Below are positions 30,193 to 40,718 of a DNA stretch of 45,892 nt, in pieces (positions within the stretch are counted from its first letter, which is position 1; each line of letters begins with the position of its first letter). Below the pieces are notes generated by a model, which was not told where the DNA came from, did not search any database, and saw only the letters and a program-made list of their open reading frames with translations. The DNA is from Corallochytrium limacisporum Hawaii (taxonomy: Eukaryota > Protista > Pluriformea): positions 111,376-157,267 of the forward strand of contig PDIP01000075.1 of assembly GCA_002811645.1 (NCBI GenBank), read 5' to 3'. A program made the position numbers and the translations under genes.

Positions 30193-31789
30193 ATGAATAG
30201 CCAAGAGTCCGTGAGCGATGGAGAGAGAGAGTATGTGTCTTCCCAAAACCGGCCCCTAAAGTACATCTCTGGAGTTCACGACTGAGCTCCCCTGCGGCGG
30301 GTGATCGCAACACCGTATAGGGAGATCAAAGAAGAAACAATCTCTTGGGTACCATGGATCATCTCGCAGAGCATCACATAACAGGAACAGGTAGGATGCT
30401 CTTTGCGTGCACTCCCATTGTATGCTAGTCATTTGCTGTTGCTTCCATGGGCTCCGGACACACCTTTGGGGTCAGCTTCAAGGGCCAAATGCGAGCACAC
30501 AGAGAGGGCGTACAATACCTTGATTTGCATCATTTGGCTCGATATTATGACGCACTGCGATGCGGTCCAGAATTCCCAGCACACTGTCCCTCCTGCTCGG
30601 AACGGTAGATACACGAAAGAAGGCGTGTGTCTCGCTTGTGCTCCATGCAGAGCGAGACTTGTTGCCCAATAGTGCTCCGCATTGTCCCGGACAAGGCATT
30701 CGCAGCATGAACCGAAATTTGCGCCGTGTGTGCGCTCACGACGGTAGAAACCCAGAACATGTGCAGCAGGTTAGCAGCCATCACTAGGGAGCCCCGCCTC
30801 TCGGCAATCAAACGGGCAAGCAAATCTGCTTGCATTCCACAGCGTAGTTTTGGGTTGGTCAAGGAAAATACTTGGTTGCGCAGGATGCAGGAATGGCAAA
30901 ATGGGCAAAGGAAAGCGTGTGCGGCGTGAGCGTGGAGAAAATTGGTATCTTGCCGGGTCTCCGTTCTCCCATTTCCTTTGGGAAGCCGATACTTTCAGTA
31001 TAGAGTTGGGGAACAGCCGGAAAAGTGGGAGACCACATTCACGGACCAGGGGAGCAGGGGAAGGGGACCAGAGGAGACTGGGGAAGGGCAACACGAAGAC
31101 GTGAACTCCAGCCCGAACATCGTTCCGCAACGAAGTAATCGCCATCTTGGGAAATGATGAGCAAAAGGTGGGAGTTGCTGGAACTTCACGTAGTTTGGGT
31201 GCGGATCCACAAGAGACACTGGTCACCAGGTTAACTGTATCTTCTACTGCCACAGCCTGCGTCTTTGCTGGTGACGCAATCACAAGCGGAGAAGGAAGAG
31301 GCTGTGCCAAAGGCAAAAGATTCGACAACACCCAGCCCCACAGTGACCATAGGTACAACTATGAGCTCCACAGCTGCAAATGTTGTCATTCCAACTGGAC
31401 GCAAACAGCAGAACAGGGAGTAGTGTCCCCAGCAACCAATGCTTACAGGCAAGTCGTCATTGATCACGGAGGGTCCCGATCAATGCTCTTCGCCAAGGCA
31501 ATCTCCGTCCATGAAGCGATGAGCAGGTCCGCTCAGGGCGGCATCGAGACTTTGCTCGCTCAAGAGATCCGTCTAAAATCGAACATTGTGCGCCTAGTCC
31601 ATCCCTTGCACGAACAACGATACTGTCCGGGTATTCAGATGCTCCCTTTCCAAGTGCAGTCTCGCGGACTTTGACAACGTTACTGAAGCTGTGAAAGAGG
31701 CAATGGCCATCATTCGGTTGCGCATTGGTTTTATTCGCACATTGTCAAAGATTGCGGAGCTCGCGGAGGACAGCCTCGCGCGGGTGTAA
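30193..31789 (+). pseudogene. Possible decayed gene of unknown family
   Basis: One + frame runs from ATG 30193 to 31674 (494 codons) with only six internal stops (30283, 30379, 30670, 30745, 30772, 31102). A protein-like tail in another frame continues to 31789. No recognisable domain. Confidence 0.3.
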
Positions 31790-31979
31790 TCGCATCCGTC
31801 GCAAAGTGAACCGCAGGGTCCGTGGGGGCCGGTGAATAAGATGCGGAAGCAGGGTAGAAACTAAGGAGTCTCGAATTGCAAATACAGACATGTTACCATT
31901 TTCATGATCATGATGATGTTACTCCTGAAGTGGGTGATGGCCGTGGATGGGTTGATATTCATATTCGTATTGTTTCAGG

Positions 31980-32822
31980 TCATTCATCTTCGCCCATCTG
32001 ATCTCGAATCGGATACTTCTCTCCTTGCCACTGTAGAATCATACTACCATTGTCATCAAAGCTTATCGACTCTCCCAGATTTACAGCAATCGCACTCTTC
32101 ACTAGGGCCAGCTTGGTGGTCTTGTCATTCGGCGCGGGGTGGTACATGCGGCCCGATTCCAGGAGCATAACTAGTTGATCCGGCCGAAACGGCACGCGCA
32201 TGGTTCCACCCCAGATCAAATCGTGTGTGTGCTCCGGCCCCGTTGGCTCCTCAGCTGTGACCAATTTGACGAAGACAATGGGCCGATCCTCGACACGTAT
32301 GTAGTTCACCTCCGGTCCGCACGGACTGATGAACGTGAAGTGCTCGTCAAAACGCTTCGTCCGGTTCCATTGCACGCGTTTGAAGAAGAAATCCAAAAAT
32401 TTCCGATCCTTGTATGCTGTGATAAAGTTTTTCACGCGCATGTCATCCAGGAAGAGCTGGCCTTGATGGTCAATGTAGTAGAAGTACTGCCGACGGCTTG
32501 TGACCTTCCCGGTCTTCGGGTTGTGATCATCAAAGTAAGCACCCTGTTCGTAGTCAATTGGTGCCTTGTTAAGAACGTTGGATGTCACAGACTCATCATC
32601 TGTGTGACCATTCATGTCACTGTGTTGGCTAAGGTCAGGTTTGTGGTCAGCTTTGGTACTTTGATCGCCACTATCGCTTGCACTGCCATTGCCGCGCAAG
32701 GAGGCGGGGAAACTGTGGAATTTGTTGCAGGCATTGATTAGTGGTTTTGTTGATCTAACTACCGGTACCAGAGTACTACTACTGAGCCTCCCAGGCAAAT
32801 GTCGCCCAACAGCTCTGATCAT
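31980..32822 (-). CDS. C8orf82: UPF0598 / C8orf82-like (DUF4505) protein, probably mitochondrial
   Basis: RQYFYYIDHQGQLFLDD..KNFITAYKD..FLDFFF, FISPCGPEVNYIRVEDRPIVF and SGRMYHPAP. Basic N-terminal presequence. Confidence 0.9.
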   Translation of the reverse strand: MIRAVGRHLPGRLSSSTLVPVVRSTKPLINACNKFHSFPASLRGNGSASDSGDQSTKADHKPDLSQHSDMNGHTDDESVTSNVLNKAPIDYEQGAYFDDHNPKTGKVTSRRQYFYYIDHQGQLFLDDMRVKNFITAYKDRKFLDFFFKRVQWNRTKRFDEHFTFISPCGPEVNYIRVEDRPIVFVKLVTAEEPTGPEHTHDLIWGGTMRVPFRPDQLVMLLESGRMYHPAPNDKTTKLALVKSAIAVNLGESISFDDNGSMILQWQGEKYPIRDQMGEDE

Positions 32823-33483
32823 TGTTTGTATTTCGCTTGTGAGTTGTAACTAAATAGAAAGGTTTGCGTCCCTACTTCTTGCTCCTCACATTTTTCGAAC
32901 AATGTTGGCTATTTTAGGATTAAAGCGTTTATCACAACATGGATGGTATGTTATGTTCTGTAACCATTGTTTTGAAAACCCTGCAATGATTCTTGACATA
33001 CCTGCACGGCGAGTGTTCTATACGGAAATACAAAGTAGGTTCTGGTCCTCAACGCATACCGACCCGCCGGAACCCGCCTGGGCCTTCCCCCGCCTGGGGT
33101 CCGGTCCGAACACACTCGCGGCACTGACGGGGAGGGGACAGAAACGGCAGAGGTGCCGAGGAATTTGTAATCGGCGCGTCGGTTGCAGTGGACATGCCTG
33201 AGCCTTGCATGTGCCACTCAGTTCCAACACAGTGGTACTGATCATAGAAATGTAACGATAATACTAAGCGCAGGTTTCACGCGGCAATTCAGTGATTAGG
33301 TTATGTAATGGATGCGTTTTGGAGGTCCAAAACACTTTCTTCAATCTGTGAAGGCTCATATCGCAAACAGGAGAAACTTGAGCGCGCAACTCCGATGGGT
33401 TCGTGATGTTAACAAAAGAAGATGAAACTAGAAAATGAGAACATGAGGAAGGGACTATGGTGTAAAAAGTGGCAATAAGAAGT

Positions 33484-34521
33484 TCACCCTGCAACCTTAG
33501 CCTTCTCATCAAGCTCTTCCGCAAACAGGTCCTCGTCCACGTCCGCAGTGGCAGCAGCAGCTTCTTCCTCTTCTTCACGCTTCCACCACTGGTCGTCCGT
33601 GGCCTCGGCATCATCAGTCTGCATGAGTTCATCAGCGCGGTACATAAACAATTCACGACCGGTCGCGGTGCCCTTACCGGCCCGAATGTCAGCCTCACGC
33701 TTCTTGTTGTGCGCCTTCATCTCGTCCTCACGCTTCTGCTTGCGCTGCTCCTTCCACTTCAGGAAGTTCTCCTCCGTACAAGGGGTGAGGTCGGTGCGAC
33801 CAACCAGGGCCTGCCGTTCGTTCTCAATATGCTCTTCCAAGGTGACCTTGTTCTCCTCCTCTTCTTGGCGCTTCTTGTCTTTCTTCAGGACGTAGCCGGG
33901 GGGCAGGGCGTGACGGTAGTGGCACTCCTTACCGTTCGGACAGTTCCAGAACCATCCGTACTGGCCTTTCTCTACGGCATCCAAGAAATACTTACAGATG
34001 ATGTCTGTCTTGGGCAGGCTCTTCTCAGCACCGTGCTTCTTGGCAATGACACTCTTCAGAGTCTCCTCGTCCCAGTCGGCCGAAGTCTCCTTGTTCGCCT
34101 CATCTCGCTCGTCTGTGTACAGATCACGCTTGGCACCCTTGCGCCCGACGTTCTTATCGTGGCTAAACTTACACTTATCTCCCTTCATGCAGATGCCCAT
34201 CTTGAAGGCTTCGCACAGCACACTCTTGGGATCGACTCCCGCGGGCACCTTCTGGTCAACGGGCTTGAAGAGAGCAGCCATCTGCTTGAGCTGCTCTTCC
34301 TTTGCCTTCTTCTTGCTAACGGGTTGGTCTTCAGGCCGTTTGCCTTCATTCTTCTGTCTTTGGGCTAGCTTGGCCTGCTGCTGCTTCTGCACTTCCGCAA
34401 TGTACTTTTGGTTCTTTGCTCCCTTCTTGTTTTTCAAACCGAAGGTCTTGTCTTCGACGACCTTCTGAGCATCCTTCTGTTGAGCCTTGGTGCTCTTGCC
34501 TCCTCCCTTCTTGGGTGGCAT
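33484..34521 (-). CDS. ZC3H15: Zinc finger CCCH protein 15 / Tma46 / DFRP1
   Basis: MPPKK start at 34521, EDKTFGLKNKKG, QKVPAGVDPKSVLC, two CCCH fingers, YGWFWNCPNG..CHYRHALPPGYVL and TGRELF. Confidence 0.96.
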   Translation of the reverse strand: MPPKKGGGKSTKAQQKDAQKVVEDKTFGLKNKKGAKNQKYIAEVQKQQQAKLAQRQKNEGKRPEDQPVSKKKAKEEQLKQMAALFKPVDQKVPAGVDPKSVLCEAFKMGICMKGDKCKFSHDKNVGRKGAKRDLYTDERDEANKETSADWDEETLKSVIAKKHGAEKSLPKTDIICKYFLDAVEKGQYGWFWNCPNGKECHYRHALPPGYVLKKDKKRQEEEENKVTLEEHIENERQALVGRTDLTPCTEENFLKWKEQRKQKREDEMKAHNKKREADIRAGKGTATGRELFMYRADELMQTDDAEATDDQWWKREEEEEAAAATADVDEDLFAEELDEKAKVAG

Positions 34522-35202
34522 GATCAATCAGTTATCTATTAGCAACAATTAAGTGAAACAGTGCCTCCCGGGAAGTATAGATTTTACGCAATGGGGCTGT
34601 CGCTCGTGTGTTCAACGGTGATCCCAGTTCTGGTTCAGACTCCCACAAACAGTCCAAAACGCAAGGTTTGTGTTCTTTAAGTCGCTTCGGACGGGTCACA
34701 CAAAAATCATAAACCTACTCGTCCCGGTGACTTTCCCGAAGAGACCTTTTGTTCGCATTATTAAGATTCGAATTTTCCTTGACGTATTCATTCACCGCCT
34801 GGTTTAAATAGCATTGCACTCTCAGTCAATAACAACTACGAAGACACCGACGCTAGAGACATCAATAAGCTGACACATTCCATCAACGCGATGCTACGTT
34901 TACGAAAATAAGGACAAAGTCTTTGGGCAGTAAAATCACGTTTAAATCCACTACCATACCAAAAACAGCGCCAACGACGCATCTTTCCTGCTTCGTGCTG
35001 GACCTCTTTCACATTTCTTCCGTGCGGTCCCTGTGTTTTGCACACCGCCGCCCACGAGCTTTCGTTCCGGAAGGAAGAACACGGACCAGAGATTCCGGGA
35101 AGTTCACTATCGCTGAGCCAGTTTAGCAGTCTTGCACACTCTTGAAAAAGAGCCACCTCCCCCTGGCTGCTTTCCAACACGAGAGAAAGTTTTTCGCGCT
35201 CT

Positions 35203-35235
35203 CACACACGCACACACACACACACATACACACAC
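35203..35235. repeat. Imperfect (CA)n microsatellite
   Basis: cacacacgcacacacacacacacatacacacac in the ZC3H15/RPL3 divergent intergenic region. Confidence 0.85.
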
Positions 35236-36116
35236 CCCGCACAGAACAGGAGAAGGAGCTCATTCGCAAGTTACCAACCAACCAGTCCCAGCATAAATCT
35301 TCTGCCCGGGCACCCCGCTGTGGTGTGTGCAGCCCCCGATCGTGTACTGTGGCTTTCGCCCGGGGTACCTTACCCCCCCCCCTCTTCTCGCGTTCCGGTC
35401 CCCATGTGACCGCCTGTTTCGGTAGTGAATGTTCCGGCTCATACTTTGCTCCCCGGGTCTTCCGCCCTTGAGCTACGGCTGTGGCGAGGAGCCGGACTGC
35501 CCTTCGGGACCCCGGATTGATGGGGGGGTTTTGGGTATTGGAAAAAAACACACACAAACTCCCGGCCCTCGCTAAAACACACATAAATTTGAATCCGAAA
35601 TTTAAAGAATACTTTGGTGGGTTTAATGGGTAGAGAGAGGGATTTGAATAATTTTCGGGAAATGTGTGTGAAATTTATGGGCACCGGATTGCGGTATATT
35701 TGGTACGGAAGCTCACTGATCTGCTAGTTTCAATAAATTTATATTGGAAGTTCAAGCCGCATAGTAAGTGAACCAAGGGTGGGTAGAGGTGGCTTTGCAG
35801 ATGGGGACCCCAGCGCACGACACACACGATTAACCACAATTGACTACTGGAGGACGGCCTCTCTATAGCCGTGGCCGCTTCCAATGTTGCCACTCATACA
35901 AACTCTACGGCATGTGAGCATAGCAGATTGGACCGCATAGACACTGTACTTGACCTCTGTGACATTGCAGGCATATAGGAACGATATTGTTCACTTGAGT
36001 GAATGGCGCTATCAGACTAAGCTATAAGAGATCAAGAACAACCTGTGCTATACGCTCTGTATACAATACGCTTAGGAGGGAAATATTCCAATCTCATAGT
36101 TTCATTTAGTTTCAAA

Positions 36117-37807
36117 ATGGTAAGTACACTTAATTAATCTCATTGGCGAGAGACACAATACATATACGGTTCACGAGTTCAGAACATGTCGGATGGCTAT
36201 GTCTTACAGGCGTCGAGTCATACACGGTGGCCTTAAATCATTAAGCGGGAGAGGCTACAGGCAGTACTGGGGACAATTGTTAAGATGAAATTAGGTTCAT
36301 ACCCTACCTTCTAGAATTGTCTGCAAGGATGTGTACGGCGGAACATTGGGTATCTTAATCTAATGGACAATGTACATGGACTTATCCACTGCGAACTAGC
36401 GATCCTGCGTATCGATTTATGGCACATAAGTCTGGGTCGATGACATGTATCTGCATAATCAGGGTCAAGTTCAATCTCGGTCACATCAAGTGAAGCTCTT
36501 TGTATCTGTCTCGGGTTCAATGGGTCACGACATGTCGAAGATTCTGTTCATGTTCGGGTTTACTAACAACGCAATTCAATTCCTTTAATTTTTTTTCACA
36601 GTCCCACCGTAAGTTTTCTGCACCCCGCCACGGTTCTCTGGGTTTCCTGCCCAAGAAGCGCACTAAGAAGCATCGCGGTAAGTGCCGCAGCTTCCCCCGC
36701 GACAACAAAGCTCAGCCCTGTCACTTCACTGCCTTCATGGCCTACAAGGCTGGCATGACCCACATCGTCCGTGATGTCGAAAAGGTCGGTTCCAAGCTCC
36801 ACAAGAAGGAGACTGTCGAAGCTGTTTCCATTCTGGAGGCCCCTCCCTGCAAGGTCATTGGTCTGGTCGGCTATGTCGAGACTCCCCGTGGTCTGCGTGC
36901 TCTGGCCACCGTCTTTGCCCAGCACATTAGTGACGAGGCTCGCCGCCGCTTCTACAAGAACTGGTACAAGAGCAAGAAGAAGGCCTTCACCAAGTACTCC
37001 AAGAAGTGGGAGAAGCCCGAGACCAAGAAGGAGATTGACGCCAAGATTGCTAAGATCAAGAAGTACTGCACCGTTGTGCGCGCTATCTTCCACACCCAGA
37101 TCTCCAAGGTCGGTGCCAACGGACAGAAGAAGGCCCACATCATGGAGGTCCAGGTTAACGGTGGCTCCATCGATGAGAAGGTCGACTTCGTTGTCGGTCA
37201 GTTCGAGAATGAGGTCCCCGTCAAGGCTGTCTTTGCCAAGGATGAAATGATTGATGTCATTGGTGTGACCAAGGGTAAGGGTTACGAGGGTGTCACCACC
37301 CGTTGGGGAACCAAGATGCTGCCCCGTAAGACCCATCGTGGTCTGCGCAAGGTTGCCTGCATTGGTGCCTGGCATCCTGCACGCGTGCAGTTCCAGGTCC
37401 CCCGTGCCGGTCAGAACGGTTACCATCACCGTACCGAGATCAACAAGAAGATCTACCGCATCGGTGAGGGCATCAAGGAGGTCGACGGCAAGGTGGTCAA
37501 GAACAACGCTGCCACTGAGTACGATCTGTCTGACAAGTCCATTACCCCCATGGGTGGTTTCCCTCACTACGGTGTGGTTGACCAGGACTTCGTCATGATT
37601 AAGGGTGCTGTTGTCGGTACCAAGCGTCGCGTCCTGACTCTGCGTAAGACTCTGATCAAGCAGACCAAGCGTGTTGCCTCTGAGGAGATTAACCTGAAGT
37701 TCATCGACACCTCTTCCAAGTTTGGCCACGGTCGTTTCCAGACCCCCGAGGAGAAGCGTGCCTTCATGGGTCTGCTCAAGAAGGACCTCGAGAAAGAGGA
37801 GGCCTAA
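36117..37807 (+). CDS. RPL3: 60S ribosomal protein L3 (uL3); join(36117..36119,36602..37807), 402 aa
   Basis: caaaATG|gtaagt...cag|TCCCACCGTAAG restores the canonical [18 protein letters not shown]. Also [16 protein letters not shown] and [14 protein letters not shown]. Strong codon bias. Confidence 0.97.
36120..36601 (+). other. 482-nt spliceosomal intron immediately after the RPL3 start codon
   Basis: Donor GTAAGT at 36120, branch TACTAAC at 36561-36567, T-rich tract, CAG at 36599-36601. Splicing gives the conserved N-terminus. Confidence 0.95.
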
Positions 37808-38324
37808 ATAGCTCTTCTTTGTTGACGAAAGAACCGTATTCTCTTATCTTTTCTTCTACATCTCTTCATTGTCGTAAATATACCATCGTATACCAAGTTA
37901 TTTCCATAGCTTCCGTAGAGTAGTATTCGTATTCATCGATCGTATGGAATCTCTGTCTTCTTTGGTGCGTTGACATGTAAATTGTTAGCAACCTTTAATG
38001 ATCGAACGGTATTCTGATTGTTTCTGTTATAGATTTGGGTAGTGAGCAAATATCCTAACTACTCTTGAAACTTATGTGGAATATTGGACACAAGAATGGG
38101 AAGTGCGTGTGTAGAACCAGGTCAAGTGCTCTCAATCTTTCTCATCGTTTCTGTACTTTCATGGCTGCAAAGCAAGACTCACTTTGGCAATTAACACGAA
38201 TGGGAAACTATGAAAACTTAGAACGCCTTAACCAAGAGTGATAGTGATAATAGTGGTTGAATGATGAAATTCAAGATCCAGAGGGCAGACTATCTGCCCG
38301 TGTGTTGTGGTCAATGCACTTCAT

Positions 38325-39380
38325 TCAGTCCTCTTTGGTCAGGAGGAGATGCTCTCGGTCTCCCGAGGGAATGTCAAGGAGGTCCAGGTTGCCCAGCTTC
38401 TTGACCTCCTCACCCTTGGACTGCAGCAGTGATTCAATAGTGATTCCCTCACCGAGGTCTTTGAACCATCCAAGGTGGTCTGCAATCAAGTGCCGATTTT
38501 GACAGCCATCGCATTGGATAATGACCACTCCCTTCTCATAGGAATGCCGGGACATTTCGTGACCTTGGCGCGTGTTGCAGACTTTGCAAGTGAAGACAAT
38601 ACGGATCTTCGGATCCATGGAAGCCTGACCAAGTTCTTGGCTGTTATGTCCACCGTCAGTGGACTCTGGTGGCTTCTGTTCGGTGGAATAGGCACGACTC
38701 TGATGAGGGGTTATGCCGGTCAGAGCCTTGATCGCTGTAGTCAGGCCGTTGTTGGTGACAGACGGGGTCGACGACGGTTGCTTCCCGCTGGCAAACAGAT
38801 AGCCTACACGACGCATAAAGCTCTTTGGGGCTGTTGACAATGCAGCGTTGTTGTTCGCAGCGGTGGCCTGAGTATGCAGAGTGCGCTGCTTAATGCTAGA
38901 GGCACCGCCGCTGTTGCAGTTCTTCCTGACGCGCAGGCGCTCACTGACCTGGCCATTATTGCCATTTGCAGCTCTAGATCCTCCGCTATTGCTCTTGCTC
39001 GAAATCCCACGCTGCTGTCCACGAAAGAGATTAAGATGCCGCCATCCAACCGGACCACCGGTGGCCTGACCTTCAGAACCACGCAGTGAGGTCCAAAGTT
39101 CACTGAAAATGCCACGCAAAACCGACGGGGGGCTCAGGGTGAACCCTTTTGAGTCCACCACCGCTTTCGTTACGATCGACCTCGCCGAGGGAGTCGGAAC
39201 CACGCCTTTTAGCGAAACCAGCGCAAAAGACGCAGATTTATGGGCGGCCTGCTTGAATGTACCACTGTTGCCCAGGGGCAGTGATCCAGATTTCTGACCC
39301 GCCGCAGCGCCCGCGGACGGTGTCGCGGTTGAAAACGTCTTTAGGAAGACCGCAGTGGTACTGATGGCCTTCGAAGACAT
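38325..39380 (-). CDS. DNLZ: DNL-type zinc finger mitochondrial Hsp70 escort protein (Zim17/Tim15/Hep1) with a long N-terminal extension
   Basis: C-terminal zf-DNL IVFTCKVCNTR..SRHSYEKGVVIIQCDGCQNRHLIADHLGWF..IESLL..KGE. Confidence 0.9.
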   Translation of the reverse strand: MSSKAISTTAVFLKTFSTATPSAGAAAGQKSGSLPLGNSGTFKQAAHKSASFALVSLKGVVPTPSARSIVTKAVVDSKGFTLSPPSVLRGIFSELWTSLRGSEGQATGGPVGWRHLNLFRGQQRGISSKSNSGGSRAANGNNGQVSERLRVRKNCNSGGASSIKQRTLHTQATAANNNAALSTAPKSFMRRVGYLFASGKQPSSTPSVTNNGLTTAIKALTGITPHQSRAYSTEQKPPESTDGGHNSQELGQASMDPKIRIVFTCKVCNTRQGHEMSRHSYEKGVVIIQCDGCQNRHLIADHLGWFKDLGEGITIESLLQSKGEEVKKLGNLDLLDIPSGDREHLLLTKED

Positions 39381-40015
39381 CCTTTGCGTTTTTTCTGTTT
39401 GATTTGTTCGTATTACTCGCCTAGGTTACTATCCTACTTTTTTTTGTTATCAATAAGGACTGACTTTTACGGGGATTAATGGCCTCAGTATGACCACCCC
39501 ATGGTCTCCACGACGTCGACTAAGTTGCCAAGACCCACGCAAAAACAACAGAAGCGTTTTGTTAACCAAAGATTAAAAGAGGACTACAAAACAGCCGGCA
39601 GGAGTCCCCAACCCATTCATCCTCCTGCATTCATAACGTTCTGTGCTTGTCAAACCAGTTGCAGTCTAAGAAATTTGTTTCCCTTTATACCAGAGGATCT
39701 ATTCAAGAAAAGTTGGTGACGTCCCTCAAAATTAGATCCCATCTCCATGCCCGGAACAAAAGACGAGGTCGCGACACCGTTACCTTCAAATAAACCAGAC
39801 ATTAAGATCCCTTATGTTTCCAGGAACGAGGAAACAAAGAAATGAATGGAACAGTGTGACATTGCGGAACAAGAATAAGGAACAAACCGGGGGAGAGAGC
39901 GAGGGTACTGCAGCGGCTCTTCTTGACCATTGGCCGCGGCCTCATTTCATTTCTGCCTTTGCAGCCGATCAGGGGCGGACGTGATTTGCCCCCGTACTTT
40001 CGGTATAGACCAGGT

Positions 40016-40311
40016 CCCCCGCGGGGGGAGGGAGGAAGGGAAGGTTCTCCGACATCCCACAACGACCAGCGCTTGCCCCCCCCCTTCCCCGCGGAGGTGG
40101 GGCGGGTCGACCGCTATAGTTACCGGGCCACCTCTATCTCAGCAAACGGATACCCCAGGGAAAAACCGGCGGCAGAAAAATTATTCTCAAGGGCATTCAC
40201 TCTTGTCTGTATTCCGCAGGCCTTCTCCCTGGATTTTTAGGCGAGGACCTCCCCCTCTCTTGCAATTTCTCGGTCCTTTGGAAGGGTCCCCCGCCCCCCG
40301 GGGGGGGGGGG
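40016..40311. promoter_or_regulatory. Three C-to-G switches in the DNLZ/SNX14 divergent promoter
   Basis: C5-GC-G6 (40016-40028), C9-TT-C4 then G-rich (40076-40106), C5-G-C6|G12 (40288-40311). Confidence 0.4.
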
Positions 40312-40718
40312 TGTTCCTGAAGGAGAGGCCGTCTTTGGCCAAGTTGTCGTCCCCTTCTACTGCAATGGGTGCTGCCTTCTTTTGGTACCCGCCGGTGGTG
40401 TTTCTCCCGCTTAGAAATTTGTTCTCATCACTAACTCCCCTCCACGAAAGAAAACAGGCCCCCAACATAATTAATGCCACTGGAATCTAGGGTATCAGTT
40501 AGATAGTGGAGACACAGCCGAAAACCGGAGGAGGCGGGAGAGTCTCAGGGGTGAAGGTGTGGTGAGATCGTATTTGAACGCAGAGGTTGACGAGGAGCAG
40601 CTAGTTACTTTTACTGATCAAGAGAATATTCAACAATCGGAGAACTGAGAAGATCTGTCGAAGAAAACCAATAGATAGCAAAGTCAAATTTTACACAAGG
40701 AGTCATGACACAACAACT

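Noticed and set aside
36500-36601. N-terminal extension of RPL3 in the ORF track
   Set aside because: Starts at TTG inside the intron; the true start is the ATG at 36117 joined by splicing.
36120-36601. Intronic C/D snoRNA in RPL3
   Set aside because: No CTGA D box or terminal C/D arrangement was seen; an H/ACA RNA cannot be judged by eye.
36596-37729. 377-aa antisense ORF over RPL3; similar long antisense ORFs at 6892-8259, 33469-34368 and 27995-28594
   Set aside because: Mirror frames produced by codon bias of the real gene; no recognisable protein features.
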